Assembly: GCF_036321535.1 (NCBI RefSeq)
Contig: NC_087436.1
Span: 11,532,001-11,596,000 of the forward strand
DNA length: 64,000 bases
Origin: Camelus dromedarius
Taxonomy: Eukaryota
Direction: 5' to 3'
This document shows, piece by piece, positions 36,037 through 48,670 of this stretch. The first letter of the stretch is position 1. Every line of letters begins with the position of its first letter. Both the position numbers and the translations under genes were made by a program. Below the pieces are notes generated by a model. That model made no database searches and was not told where the DNA came from. It saw nothing but the letters and a program-made list of their open reading frames with translations.

Positions 36037-39000
36037 TCCATCTGTATATCTTAAGTCTGGACTCTAGGTCTGTGCTTCAGTTTTGAATTTTGAGCTTCTT
36101 ATAGAACACCTACTCTTAGCTCATACGTCAGATTCAAAATGTCTTAAACTGTGTTCGTAATCTTTTTCTTGAACTGACTTCCACTTGTAGCATCTCCACT
36201 TATTCAGTGGAATAATCATTCTTCCGGTCCTGGATACCCAAAGCCTTGTAATGGTCTTTGATTTCTCTTTCTCTCACCATCCTCCACATTTTATCAGCTC
36301 CCAGAACTGTACATTCTTGGTTTCAAGTGTCCATTCTGATTGCTGATACTCTGATGAAGAGCTTTCATCCCTGCTAACCTGAATTTTTCCTTCCGTTGAA
36401 CTCTTGGCTATTCTCTCCCCACCTTTCAGTCCACCTACAATTTTGACCCTCCAACATCTAGAGTCAAGTCAAAGACTTACCACAACCAGATCTCTCAGCT
36501 AGGTAGTCTTGGCCCTCCATCATTTTGGCCTTACCTTATCTGTTGCAATCATTATGTGCCTTAACTTCCTAGGGTAACCTGTGCCTCATAAGGCAGGAGT
36601 CTCCAGCCTTTTCCTATCCAGTCCTCAGTTCAAACAGCTTAGAACTGCCCTGAGAACTAGTTGGAGCCCCATCCCCTTCATAGAGTCTTCCCTATTTACC
36701 CCAACTCCTTCTAGCTCCTCTTTGTACTCCTGCACTGTTTGTGATCGGTAGCCCTTAATCTTGCCTTTGAATACTGACTTCGTGCCATTCCCGGGTGGTT
36801 TCCAGTATGCCTCCTGACTTAGCTGGTAACTGGAGAAGGCGCCCGTGTTCAGCCTCCTTTATACCCCTCACCCTGCTTAGCATTGGGCAATAGTGGGCAC
36901 CCAGGCAGTGCTTACCTACTTGATTTATTCACAGGGGCGGTGGTGTGGAGTATAGCTAATAACTTAATTCAGCGTTGCAATTAAAACTGCGGAAGGCCAA
37001 GAAAATCCATAAAAGTTTAACTCCATGTTCAGTTTAGCGCTTTACCTCAACAGTTTTCTTAACTCTGCATTTATATTCACATAGTGTTCAGTGCCTGTAC
37101 AGTTCCCTGAGGCAAGAAGGTGAGATATCATTATGTTTGACTTTCACCTTACATTTCATATTGGACATATTTGTGGAATGATGAAACCTTATCTTATAAG
37201 TACACAGCCAGAAGCCCGGAGAGACTAAGAGCCTAACCCAGGGTCACCTGGTCAGTGTTGGGCACAGGCCAGGACTGCGGTTCACATCTTCCAGCTGGTT
37301 CTGCTCCTCTTCCAGTGCCTTTTCACTCCAGTGCTGGGAAATGTAGCCCCATCAGCCGCATGGCCAAGTCGTATTGCTGCCCCCTTACCTGCCAGTGATG
37401 GCAATGCTGGGAAAAGTGGCAAAAGAAAGGTGAGAAATAGGAGTGATAAAAGACATGGAAATGCTAGAAATGGTTCCTCAACCTCCTCCTCCCTATTCGA
37501 GCGCCTCACAAGTGTCCCACTCTGACAGTGCTGTTCATTGTTTATAACAGAGTCTTTAAAATCAGACTGATGTTGCATAAGACATGCTTTTACCCTGGTC
37601 CCTCTCCTGCTAGTAGTCACTGTCAGGGACAGAAAGTGCCTGACTGTGCTCTGTTTGTCACGTAGGTGGGAGGGAACGCGGGAGAGGGAGCGGGTTGAAC
37701 TGAAGCCGAGCTTTTTACAGCTCTATTGTTCTAGGATCAGAGCAGTTCCACTCCTGCTTTCATCACCTCTCCACCTCCGAGTCCCAGCCACCCCGTCCTG
37801 CCTGCTTCCCCACACGCCACGTCCTGGGGGAGGACAGGGTGGTGGGCAACGCCCCCTCCGCCGTCCGCTCTGGGGGGTGCAGGAGTCTGCTTTAACTGCT
37901 GAGCCGTTTTGGCAATTGGGCGTTTCCATCTTTTCTAGACATCTCCTTTCCAGCTCTGAGAAATTGGAGATGTAACTTTTAGCCACCCATGGACTTTACT
38001 AATGTATTCAGTGGCATTAATGTGATGTTGTCTGTAAGGTGTTCTGTGACTGGATAGGAGGATTTTTATCTCACAGGATACTTCACACCCAATTCTAAAG
38101 CTCTGCAGACCGCAGGTATAATTCAAGTTCTTACATGTCTGTAGGGCAGACATGAACATTATTTGGTAATATGACCATATGTTCATAGATTACAGTTAGT
38201 CTGCTGGCTCTGTACCTAATAAAGGTTTAAATTCCAAACACTTGAACATTTGCAGAACATGTCTTTTTGCCTGTAACTAATTGCAAAAACTGAAAGCAAA
38301 ACTCTACCACAAACCACAATGTTTCCAGTGGGGAAAGCCCTCTACTTTTACAACCTCTAAGTAGTGCGGTGGTTCTTTGGGTGAGATGAAGAATGCGAGA
38401 GTATTTGGTTGGGAAACTAGAGTGGCATGACAAGTATTCTGGGACTGGTTAAATCTCTACTTCCTATTTCCCGGACTCATTAGAGAAGCAATGTCAGTGT
38501 GGTAACCAGCTTCTGAATGCAAGTGCAGCTAGGAAGACAACGGAGAAAACACAAGGAATATAAAGCCATGGAGGGACTTCAGAGCAGCACAGCACAAATG
38601 GTGACTTTGAAAACACCAGCTGCTGACGTGAACTTGGCAGGAATTTGTGAGAAGTGGTGGGTGACTCATTGCAAGCAGGGGAGTCCTGCAGCTTTTGAGG
38701 TGAACAGGCAAAGGGAAGAGCAGAGATGGTGGCCACCCGGGGGCTGAGGATTTGTGTCCTGAATGTGAAAATGTCTAGTCCCCTGTTCAGTTTTGCAGCT
38801 GCCTCTTCACAGGACTTAGAGCATTGTTTTCGCCAGAATACTGTCAAAACATAAACAATCTCTGTTTCCTAAAGTGTTTGTTCTCGATCTAAGATGATTG
38901 TCCTGTGGTGGGAGGTAAGTGGGCAGTGGGGCCTATTACATCACCCTCTTTCACAAAAAGTCTACCTAGCTGCCTTTTACCCCTACTCCTAGAGGTGCTG

Positions 39001-39484
39001 TCATTCTGTTATACCTAGACCTGTAAAAAGGGCTTGCCTGAATCCTCACGTGAAGAGGGATGGTTATGTGTAGTTTAAAAAAATTGCTTGGGTCATGTGT
39101 TCCTTTCCCCCTCCATTGGAAATCACTGTTCCAGAGCACTAAAATGCATCTAAAGATACTGTTATTTCTAAGTTGTCCTCAGAATTTTTGCAGTAGGGTT
39201 AAATCTTTGCTTGGTGATGGCATCTTGACTGTTTGAAGGACGCAGCCCTTATTAGAGAGTTTGCTCCCTGTCTGAGAGTTCCGTTATTGGCAATTGAGTG
39301 TTCTTAGGCAGAGTTAAAAAGTTACCTGGTCTGAAAAGCCAACCTTGCCCACAGCTGGGAATTGGCAGAAGAGTCAGTTACGGAAGGAAGGCTTTAAGAT
39401 TATCTGTTAGCAGTGTTCTGGGATCCAAACCCTTGAAAACCTCGGCTCCTGTAGAGTATGTTTTGTTAACAGTAGGCTACTGGA

Positions 39485-39596
39485 TAATTTAACACTGGTT
39501 ATGGGATGTAGAGTTAGGGAAAGACTTAAAAGTGAAAGAATAATTTAACACTGGTTATGGGATGTAGAGTTAAGGAAAGACTTAAAAGTGAAAGAA
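39485..39596. repeat. Tandem duplication, 2 x 56 bp, 1 mismatch
   Basis: TAATTTAACACTGGTTATGGGATGTAGAGTTA(G/A)GGAAAGACTTAAAAGTGAAAGAA occurs twice. Confidence 0.95.
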
Positions 39597-40899
39597 CCTT
39601 AAAAAAGAATCTCCAGATATTTTAAAGAAGACAGTTCTCAGAATGAGAGCTTTTCTGGAAAAAACTAGCTCTTCACGTCACAAGGGAAGCAGGAAGAAGG
39701 TGTAACTGCACTTATGGTAACTTAAAACATAAACCTTTCTCTCCCACTTGGCTGTTTCCTGGTGTATGTTCATCTCCCACATCTGTAGTTTTAGACATGA
39801 TGTGTCATTTTCTGGTACTCCGTTCTGCTTCTAAATGAGAGACCATCTGACACAAAATTACATAGCAATTGGAAAACTGTAGAAAGAACTTTATTGTTGA
39901 AAATGTAGACCAGTGACAGGGTGCTGCATTTGTAAGTGATTCTCAGTACAGAGAACACTTAAAAGAATGCAGTGTTATTTCTTGTTTATTCCTTTAAGCC
40001 TTTGAATGGAAGCTTTTCTTTGCAGAGTTTCTGGAGTACATCAGAAAAAGCAGGAACTAAAAATAGCTTTATGAATGCACCAGTATAGACGTTGCTTGTT
40101 GTATGATGACTGTCTAAAAGTTAATTCTTTAATGAAGGAAGTTGTAACTCTCAGTTTCTTAAGCAAATATAAACACTCTTGACTCTTAATGACATTCTTT
40201 GTATGGCGGCGCTGCTTTTGCTTCCATTCTGAGCATTGAAAGGCCTTCTGTGATAATTTTACCAGTCCTCAATATTATATTTTCCCTCTGTGTAAACTTA
40301 AGTTATTAAACTTGAAGCAGATATAAATATCATTAACTTGCTACATATGTAGATATTCAGTGTTTCATGGTCAGAAATTTTGTGTTGGTTGCACATATCT
40401 ACATAATCCCCCCCTTTCCGACTCTGTTCTTGATGAAAGGATGGTGGGAAATGGCATTATGGGGATGTGTCTTACAGTACACAGTGTTTCCCTAGTTCCC
40501 TCTACCAGCTCTTTTTCTTAAGCCAGGTGTAACTCATCCCCCTGTGCACACACACGTGCGTGCACGGGCACACACACACACACACACGGCCGCAGGGAGT
40601 AACGTGCACCATCCCATTCTCCCACTCCAGCTGTGGACCCACCCACTGGAGGCAGTGTCTTGTACTACTTCTTTTGTAAGTTCCCTTTAAAAACTCAAGT
40701 GCTTGGGAAACAGGACTGATATCCACATGTAGTACGCAGGCCCTGAAAGGATCAGGTGTCTCTCAGTGAGTGTTGATTCTGGGACTGGGGACACGAGCAA
40801 GGATAACTGCTATGGTTAATGCCAGGTTATCTTAATGTTTGAGTACCTGGGTTTCATGGCTTCCTGTACCACCTGTGTGACCCATAATTCCCACATTTC

Positions 40900-41830
40900 T
40901 GTCTCCCGCTAGACTTTTTCTCTCCAACTCTGGACTCTTATCCTTATCTGCTGATTTGACATCTTCACTTGGAACTCTGATATTTTAAAACCAACATGTG
41001 TGAAAACTGAGCTCTTGGTCCTTCTACCCCCAAAACTGGTTCTTTCTGCAGCCTCCCCCATTCAGTTAATGGAAACTCAAACCTTCTAGCTGCTCGGGTC
41101 AAAAAACTTGGAGTTATTCTGACTCTCACTGACATGCCACATGCATTCTGTCAACAGATCTGGTCTAACACTGCCTTTAAAACATATCCAGAGCCCAGCC
41201 ACTTCTCACCATGGCTCCTGCCTCCACTGCTGCTTCCCTGCCCTGAGCCACTGTCCTCTCCTCCTGCACAGCCCTCCTCAGTGGCTTCCTCCTTTCATCT
41301 CTGACCCGTATCGACTATTCTAACCCGGCAGTCAAGTGAGCCTTTGAAAACCTGAGTTGGATTGTGTCGCTCTTCTGCAGTGCCTCCCCATTTCACTCCG
41401 GGTACAAGCCACAGTCTTTACAACGTCCTCCAAGGTCCTACAATGATTGACACTGCCCTCTCCCTGCATCCCCAGCCCTGCCCCCATCCTGGAACACACG
41501 AGGTGCGTGCTGGCCTCGGCGCTGCTTATTCCATCCGTCTGGGCCTTCTCAGCTCTTAGTCCTAGTTCTAACCTCAGCCCTCAGTTTGGTCTATCCATCA
41601 CCCTCACCCCATACTCTCAACTCTCTTTACCTTGCCCTTTTTTCTTTTTTCCATGGTTCCTCTTTCCTAACGTGCCACCTACTCTGCTGCTCTGTTGTGT
41701 GAGTTGTCACCTCCACCCCCTGCCCCAGCTAGACTCCAAGGTCCGTGAGGACTGGACTTTTGTTTATTGATATATTCCAAGTGCCTAGACTGGTCCTGGG
41801 TACATAGTTGGCGGTCAAAAATTATTGGCT
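40900..41830 (+). mobile_element. L2 fragment(s)
   Basis: Motifs GACATCTTCACTTGGA, AAAAAACTTGGAGTTATTCTGACTC and 3' end AGTGCCTAGAC...TAGTTGGCGGTCAAAAATTATTGG. Confidence 0.75.
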
Positions 41831-42319
41831 GAGTAAATTAATAAAAGGATATTTTAAAAATGAATTATCCTTTTAGAAATGGGTAAGGAAAGGAAGCAGC
41901 GTGAAGGGAAATGGAAGGGAAATGGTGCAGTAAATAATGATACTTGCCTATTCTTTGTGTGATATATATATACAAGTATTTTCTTAGGATTAATTTTGTA
42001 TCCCAATTTTTTAATTTAATAGCTCTATTAGGGTATAATTTACATGCCATAAAATTCACCCATTATAATTGTACAAGTCAGAGATTTTAGACAGTTTCTA
42101 GAGTTGTGCAACTGTCCTCAAAAAGTCCCCTTGTGTCTGTCCATATGCAGTTAATCCTCCTTTCAATGGCATCCTGATTTTATTTGTTATTTTTTGGCTC
42201 CCAGGTCTCAAAAGAATAATTTATACAGCAACACTAATATAGCTTTGTAGTTTTTAGAAATTACACATTTAGATAAGAAATCAACTGTCATTGCTGAATG
42301 TAGGTAACAGTATCGAACA

Positions 42320-42525
42320 GTAGTGAGAAGAATGGACTTGAGTGTCAGACTAGCTGCAGTCTTACCCAGCTCCACCATTTACCACGATATCCAGATTGTT
42401 TTCTGCCTCAATCTCTTCATCTGTTATATGGGGGTAATAATAGCAGCTTACAGAGTTGTGAAGATTAAGCAAACAAACAAAATTTAGTACAGTGGCTACT
42501 TTATAGTTAATGTCTAGCAAATAAC
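42320..42525 (+). mobile_element. MIR
   Basis: GAGTGTCAGAC...CCCAGCTCCACCATTTAC...CTCAATCTCTTCATCTGTTATATGGGGGTAATAATAG. Confidence 0.75.
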
Positions 42526-42961
42526 CTTGCAGATAGAGAGCAAAATTCAAATGAGTTTCTAAAGTATGTGTAAAATATGATCCAGTTCCTGCCTGGTTTG
42601 TAAATGCGTGTGCCTACTGCAGAATGTAAAAGCAGGTTAATTTCCAACAGAGAAGAGCATTTCTCAGCATTTCTTTTGAAGGTAGTTGCAAAATCATTTT
42701 TACTAAACTTTCTGTGCTCATCTTTGACAGAGCTTTGACACCAGGGAGGTAATTATCTACTTTTTTGTTAAAATCACACTGACCATCAGAAAGTGTTCTG
42801 AATTATGTTTTAGTCTTTATGGTGAGATACACTGTGAGAGTTCCTCTAAATGAATGGGGCAGGTGGGGCATTCATTGTAACTCTTGTAGCCTGACAAGCT
42901 TGAACTAAATTACCTTTAATAAGGTCTTTTTCTCTGTTTTGTTATTTTCTTTTATGTGCAG

Positions 42962-43087
42962 ATGTACAAAGCAGGGTCATCAGAAGTCTCTCGATTCCAA
43001 AGATGATAATACTGAAAAACACTGCCCAGTGACAGTGAATCCTTGGCATATGAAGAAAGCTTTTAAAGTCATGAATGAATTAAGAAG
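42962..43087 (+). CDS. KLHL2: KLHL2 coding exon 2 (126 nt): CTKQGHQKSLDSKDDNTEKHCPVTVNPWHMKKAFKVMNELR
   Basis: Polypyrimidine tract and TGCAG| acceptor, AG|GTATTG donor. Peptide matches KLHL2 and phases agree with exons 1 and 3. Confidence 0.97.
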
Positions 43088-43272
43088 GTATTGTTACATT
43101 AACATACATGTAACCATGGATCTCTTACCTTTATTTTTCAGCTGTTTATAATGAAGATATTCCCCATCCCTCATTGTTTCTTTGTTTGATACAGGAACCA
43201 TTTAAACCCTTTTCTGCAAATTTCTTAATGTAAGAAGAGAGCAGGTAATTTATCAGAAGTGTGAATGGTGTA

Positions 43273-43565
43273 ACCTGCTCTGTCCAATATGGTAGCCACC
43301 AGCCACATGTGGCTACTGTGAATTGAGATGTTCTGTAAATGGAAAATACATAATGGATTTTCAAGACTTAGTACAACAAAAAGAATGTAAAATATTTATT
43401 AATAAGTTTCAAAAATGTTGATTACATTTTGAAATGATAGTATATTGGATATTTTGGGATAAATATAATTACTAATGGAATTAATTTCACTTATTTCTTT
43501 TTATTTTCTAAATGTGATTACTGGAAAATTGTGACTTGCATTATGTTTCTGTTGGACAGCTCTGG
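43273..43565. mobile_element. MER33-type hAT-Charlie element
   Basis: Terminal inverted motifs GCTCTGTCCAATATGGTAGCCACCAGCCACATGTGGCTA ... TTTCTGTTGGACAGC. Confidence 0.8.
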
Positions 43566-43612
43566 TCTAGGGCTTCTAACTTATTGCAAAGAATATGAAA
43601 AGAAAACTTTTA

Positions 43613-46600
43613 TTAAAATTTTTTTTTTGAGTAGTTGATTTACATCATATTAGTTTCAGGTATACAACATAGAGACTCAACATCTTTGTAGATTATATTC
43701 CATTTAAAGTCAGCACAAAATAATGGCTATATTTCCCTGTGCTATACAATATATCCCTGTGACCTATCCATTTTATACATAGTACTTTGTACCTCTCAAT
43801 CCCCTACCCACATCCCGCCTCTCCCTTCTTCCTTCTCCCCATTGGTAACCACCAGTCTGTTTTGTGTATCTGTGAGTCTGTTTCTGTTTTGTTATATTCA
43901 CTAGTTTTATTTTTTAGGTTCTACATACAAGTTAAAAGATAATATTTGTTTTTCTATAGATTCTACATGTAAGTTAAAATGTAGAGTATTTGTTTTTCCT
44001 TCTCAGACTTATTTCACTTAGCATAATACCTTGTAGGTCCATCCATGTTGTTGCAAATAGCAGAATTTCATTCTTTTTCATGACTGAGTAATAGTCCATT
44101 GTATATATATACACCACTTCTTTATTCATTCACCTGGTGATGGACACTTAGGTTGCTTCTATATCTTAGCTATTGTAAATAATGCTACTGTGAACTTTTG
44201 GGTGCATGTATTTTTTCTAATTAGTTTTTTGTTTTCTTCAGATATATACCCAGGAATAGAATTGCTGGATCATATGATAGTTCTGTTTTCAGTTTTTTGA
44301 GGAACCTTCATAGTGTTTTCCATGGTGGTTGCACCAAGTTATAGTCCCACCAACAGTGTACAACCGTTCCCTTTCTCCACATCCTTCCCAACATTTGTTA
44401 TTTGTAGACTTTTTTATGATAGCCATTCTGACAGGTGTGAGGTGTTTGGTTTTAACTTGATTTTCTCTGAAAACTACTGATGTTGAGCCTCTTTTCAGGT
44501 GCCTGTTGGCCATCTGTATGTCTTCTTTGGAAGAATGTCTATTTAGGTCTTCTGCCCATTTTTTAAGTCAGGTTGTTTGTTTTTGATATTGAGCTGTCTG
44601 AGCTGTTTATATGCTTTGGATATTAACCACTTTTCGATTGTATCGTTTGCAGATATTTTCTCCCACTCAGTAAGGTTATCTTTTTGTTTTGTCAGTGACT
44701 TCCTTTGCTCTGCAGAAGCTTTTAAGTATGATTAGCTCCCATTTGTCTATTTTTGCTTTTGTTTCTTTTGCCTTAACATGCAGATCCAAAAAAATATTGT
44801 TATGATTTTATCAGAGTGTTCTGCCTATGTTTTCTTCTAGGAGTTTTATGCTTTCAGGTCTTTAATCCATTTTGAGTTTATTTTTGTATATGGTGTGAGA
44901 AAATACTCTAATCTCATTCTTTTATATTTAGCTGTCCAGTTTTCCCAGCACCACTTATTGAAGAGACTGTCTTTTCTCCATTATATATTCTTGCTTCCTT
45001 TCTCATAGAGTAATTGACCAAAAGTGCATGGGTTTATTTCTGGGCTTTGTTCTTTTCCATTGATCTGTGTGTGTTTTGTATCAGTACCATGCTGTTTTGA
45101 TGATGATAGCTTTGGTAGTCAGTGAGTGTGATACTTCCAGCTTTGCTCTTTTTTTCTCAATATTGTTTTGGCTATTTAGGGTCTTTTGTGATTCCATATA
45201 AATTTTAGGATTATTCTAGTTCTTTGAAAAATGTTGTGTGGGTATTTTGATATGCATTGCATTTAATTTGTAGATTATTTTGGGTAGTGGGGACATTTTA
45301 ACAATATTAATTCTTCTAATCTCTGAACATAGGATATCTTTCCATTTCTTTTTCCTTCATCATATCTTTCCATCTCTGTTTCCTTCATCAATATTTTATA
45401 ATTTTTAGAATGTAGGTCTTTCACCTTCTTGGTTAAGTTTATTCTTAAGTATTTTATCCTTTTTGATGTGATTTTAAGTGAGATTATTTTCTTACTTTCT
45501 CTGTCTGATAGTTCATTATTAGTGTATATAAAAGCAACGGATTTCTGTGTATTAATGTTGCCTCCTGCAACTTTACTGAATTAATTTATTCTAATACTTT
45601 TTTGACAGAGACATTAGAGTTTTCTGTATATAGTATCACATCCTCTGAAAATAGTGACAGTTTTACTTCTTCCCTTCCAATTTGGATTCCTTTTATTTCT
45701 TTTTCTTCTCTGATTGCTGGGGCTAGACTTCCAATACTATGTTAAACAAATGGCAAGAGTGGGCATCCTTGTCTTGTTCCTGATTTTAGAGGAAAAGCTT
45801 TTAGGTTTTCACCAATGAGTATTATATTGGCTGTGGGTTTGTCATACATGGCCTTTATTATTTTGAGATTTGTTCTCTCTGTACCCACTTTGATGAGAGT
45901 TTTTATCATAAATGGATGTTGAATTTTGTCAAATGCCTTTTCTGTATCTGTTGAGATGATCATGTGATTTTTCTCCTTTTGTTAATATGTTGTATCATGT
46001 TGATTGATTTGCAGATATTGAACCGTCTTTGCATCCCTGGAATAAATCCCACTTGATCATGGTGTATGATCCTATTTATGTATTGTTGAATTTGGCTTGC
46101 TGATATTTTGTTGAGGATTTTTGTGTCTATATTCATTGGGGATATTGGACTGTACATTTCTTTTTTGTAGTGTTTTTGTCTGGTTTTGTATCAGGGTAAT
46201 TGTGGCCTTGTAGAGTAAATTTGTAATTTTTTTGTTTTTTGGTTTTTTTTTTTGAGAGGGGAGAGGTAATTAGGTTTATTTATTTTATTTATTTTTAGAG
46301 GAGGTACTGGGGATTGAACCCAAAACCTCCTACATGTTAAGCATGTGCTCTACCACTTGAGCTATACCCTCCCCCTATAGAGTGAATCTGGGAATGTTCC
46401 ATCCTCTTCATTTTTTGGGGAATAGTTTGAGAGACAGTTATTAGCTGTTCTTTATATGTTTGGTAGAATTTCTCTGTGAAGCCATTTTGTCCTGGACTTT
46501 TGTTTGCTGGAAATTTTTTTTTTTTAATTGTGAATTCAATTTCACAAGTGATTGATCTCTTTAAATTGTCTGTTTCTTCTTGATTCATTCTTGGCAGGTT

Positions 46601-47719
46601 TATGTTTCTAGAAATTTGTCCATTTCTTCTAGGTTGTCCAACTTGTTGGCATATAAATGTAGTGTTCTCTTATGATACTTCTGTTTCTCTGTGATACTGG
46701 TTATTATTTCTTCACGCATTTCTTATTTTGTTTATCTGGGTCCTTTCTCTTTTCTTCTTGGTGATCCTGACTGAAAGTTTACCATTTCTGTCTATTTTTT
46801 CAAAAAAACCACTTACTGATTTCATTGTTTTCTCTCTTTTTTTCTTTAAGTCTCTTTTATTTTCTCTCTGATCTTTATTATTTTCTTCCTTCTAATGACT
46901 ATGGGCTTTGTTTGTTCTTACTTCTCTTATTCCTTTAGATGTAGTTAGGTTGTTTATTTGAGATGTTTTTTCTTGAGGAAGGCCTGTGTCACTATAAACT
47001 TCCCTCTTAGAACTGCTTTCCTGCATCCCATAGATTTTGGAAAGTTGTGTTTCCATTTTCATTTGTTTTGAGGTATTTTCTGATTTCCTCTTTGATTTCT
47101 TCATTGACTCACATAGGTTTTTAGTAGCATGTTGTTTAATCTCCACGTGTTTGTGCTCTTCACGTTTTTCTTTCTGTATGTACTTCTTGTTTCATGCTGT
47201 TATGGTTGGAAAAAATACTTAACATTATTTGTATCTTCTCAAATTTGTTTGAGACTTGTTTTGTGGTTTAGCATGTGATCTGTCCTAGAGAATTTTCCAT
47301 GTGCTTTTGAAAAGAATGTGTATTCTGCTGTTTTGGATGGAATGTCTTGTAAATACCTATTAAGTCCCAGCTGGTCCTATATGTCATTTAAGACCACTCT
47401 TTCCTTATTCATTTTTTTTTTTGTTTGAATAATCTGTCCATTGATGTCAGTGGGGTGTTAAAGTTCCCTACTATTATTGTATTTTTATTTTCAATTTCTC
47501 CCTTAATGTCTGTTGATATTTGCTTTATGTACTTAGGGGCTCCTGTATTAGGTGTATAGTTGTTGATGAGTATTACACCTTTTTCTTACATTGATCCCTT
47601 TATTATTAAATAGTGCCCTTCTTTGTCTTGTTATATATAGGCTTTGTTTTAAGGTCTGTTTTGTCTGATATGAGTATTGCTACCCCTGCTTTCTGGTTGG
47701 TTCCATTTGCATGAAATGT
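43613..47719 (-). mobile_element. ~4.1-kb 5'-truncated L1 (3' UTR + most of ORF2, decayed)
   Basis: 13-bp TSD AAGAAAACTTTTA at 43600-43612 and 47720-47732. ORF fragments include RT motifs ([26 protein letters not shown]) and the endonuclease motif HANG..QKAGVAILISDK. Confidence 0.95.
46227..46375 (-). mobile_element. tRNA-derived SINE (Vic-1-like) nested in the L1
   Basis: Reverse complement GGGGAGGGTATAGCTCAAGTGGTAGAGCACATGC...CCCCAGTACCTCC...AAACCTAATTACC. Degenerate TSD TAGAGT(A/G)AAT(T/C)TG. Confidence 0.9.
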
Positions 47720-48104
47720 AAGAAAACTTTTAGATGGGGAAAAATGTAACTCTCTCTTTGGTGGTATTATAATTTGGGGGATTAGTGATCTGCTCATTGC
47801 TAAGGTAGTTCTGAAATACGTTTTTTAAGAGTCACTGTAATGAAGAATGACTTTAAAAGTTGATTGAAAAACAAGTAGCTTTTAAAAAAAATTATAAGAC
47901 TAATATATGTATTAATAGTCTTAGTTTTATTTTCTTAGCACTTAGTGAAAGATGTATATCATTCCCTTTGTAAAGTATGTATATGTGGAAGTTTGGCTAA
48001 GAAGGTAGCGACTTAAACTTTCCTTTAACCTCTCTATGCTGTGTCTTCCTAAAAACCTATCCTTTTGTTTGTTCCATTGTTTGTTTCTTTAATTAAGTTA
48101 AAGA

Positions 48105-48670
48105 TTCAATAAATATTTATCTGCTGGATGCTGGAGACATAGTGGTGAGCCAGAACAGACATGGTTACTGCCCTCATGGAGCTTATGGGTGACTCCAGGA
48201 AGCAGGCATTAATCAGAATCACACAACTAATTTGCTATAAATTCTAGTGTCAGTAAGTGCTACAGGTAGGGCTATGAAGATAGATAACAGTGGTCAGGGA
48301 ACGTTTCCCCGAGAAGGTACGAATATTTGCGCTAAGATTGAAAGGAAGAGAGAAGTAAGGGAATGAAGTCAGAGGCACAGGGCATGGCAGTGTCTAAGTC
48401 TTGCAGTGGGAGGGAGCTGGCCTCCTGGAGGAGCTGAGGGGTAGCTGGAGCGCAGATGGCCGGGGGTCACGGCAAGTGAGGAGGCTGAGTGGGTAGGTGA
48501 GGGAGCATTCTTAGGGCCTGCAGCATTTTGATCATTATCAGGAGTTGCCATGGGAGAAGCCCATTGGAGAGTTTTAAGCAGAAATGAGACATGATCACAT
48601 TTGTATTTTGAAAAGAACACACTGGCTGCCGGTTGGAGAGTGGACTGGAGAGAGAGGGACAAGAGAAGTT
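48105..48670 (-). mobile_element. L2 fragment
   Basis: Motifs ATTCAATAAATATTTAT, CTGCCCTCATGGAGCTTA and GGGAGAAGCCCATTGGAGAGTTTTAAGCAG...ACATGATC. Confidence 0.75.

Noticed and set aside
35627..36067. 146-aa hydrophobic ORF that looks like a membrane protein
   Set aside because: Antisense reading of L1 ORF2, a well-known artefact
42939..43151. ORF-track proteins 42939..43151 and 57424..57732 as stand-alone genes
   Set aside because: They are KLHL2 exons 2 and 3 plus read-through into the flanking introns
43912..44000. ~44-bp diverged tandem duplication
   Set aside because: An internal duplication within a decayed L1 with no sign of function
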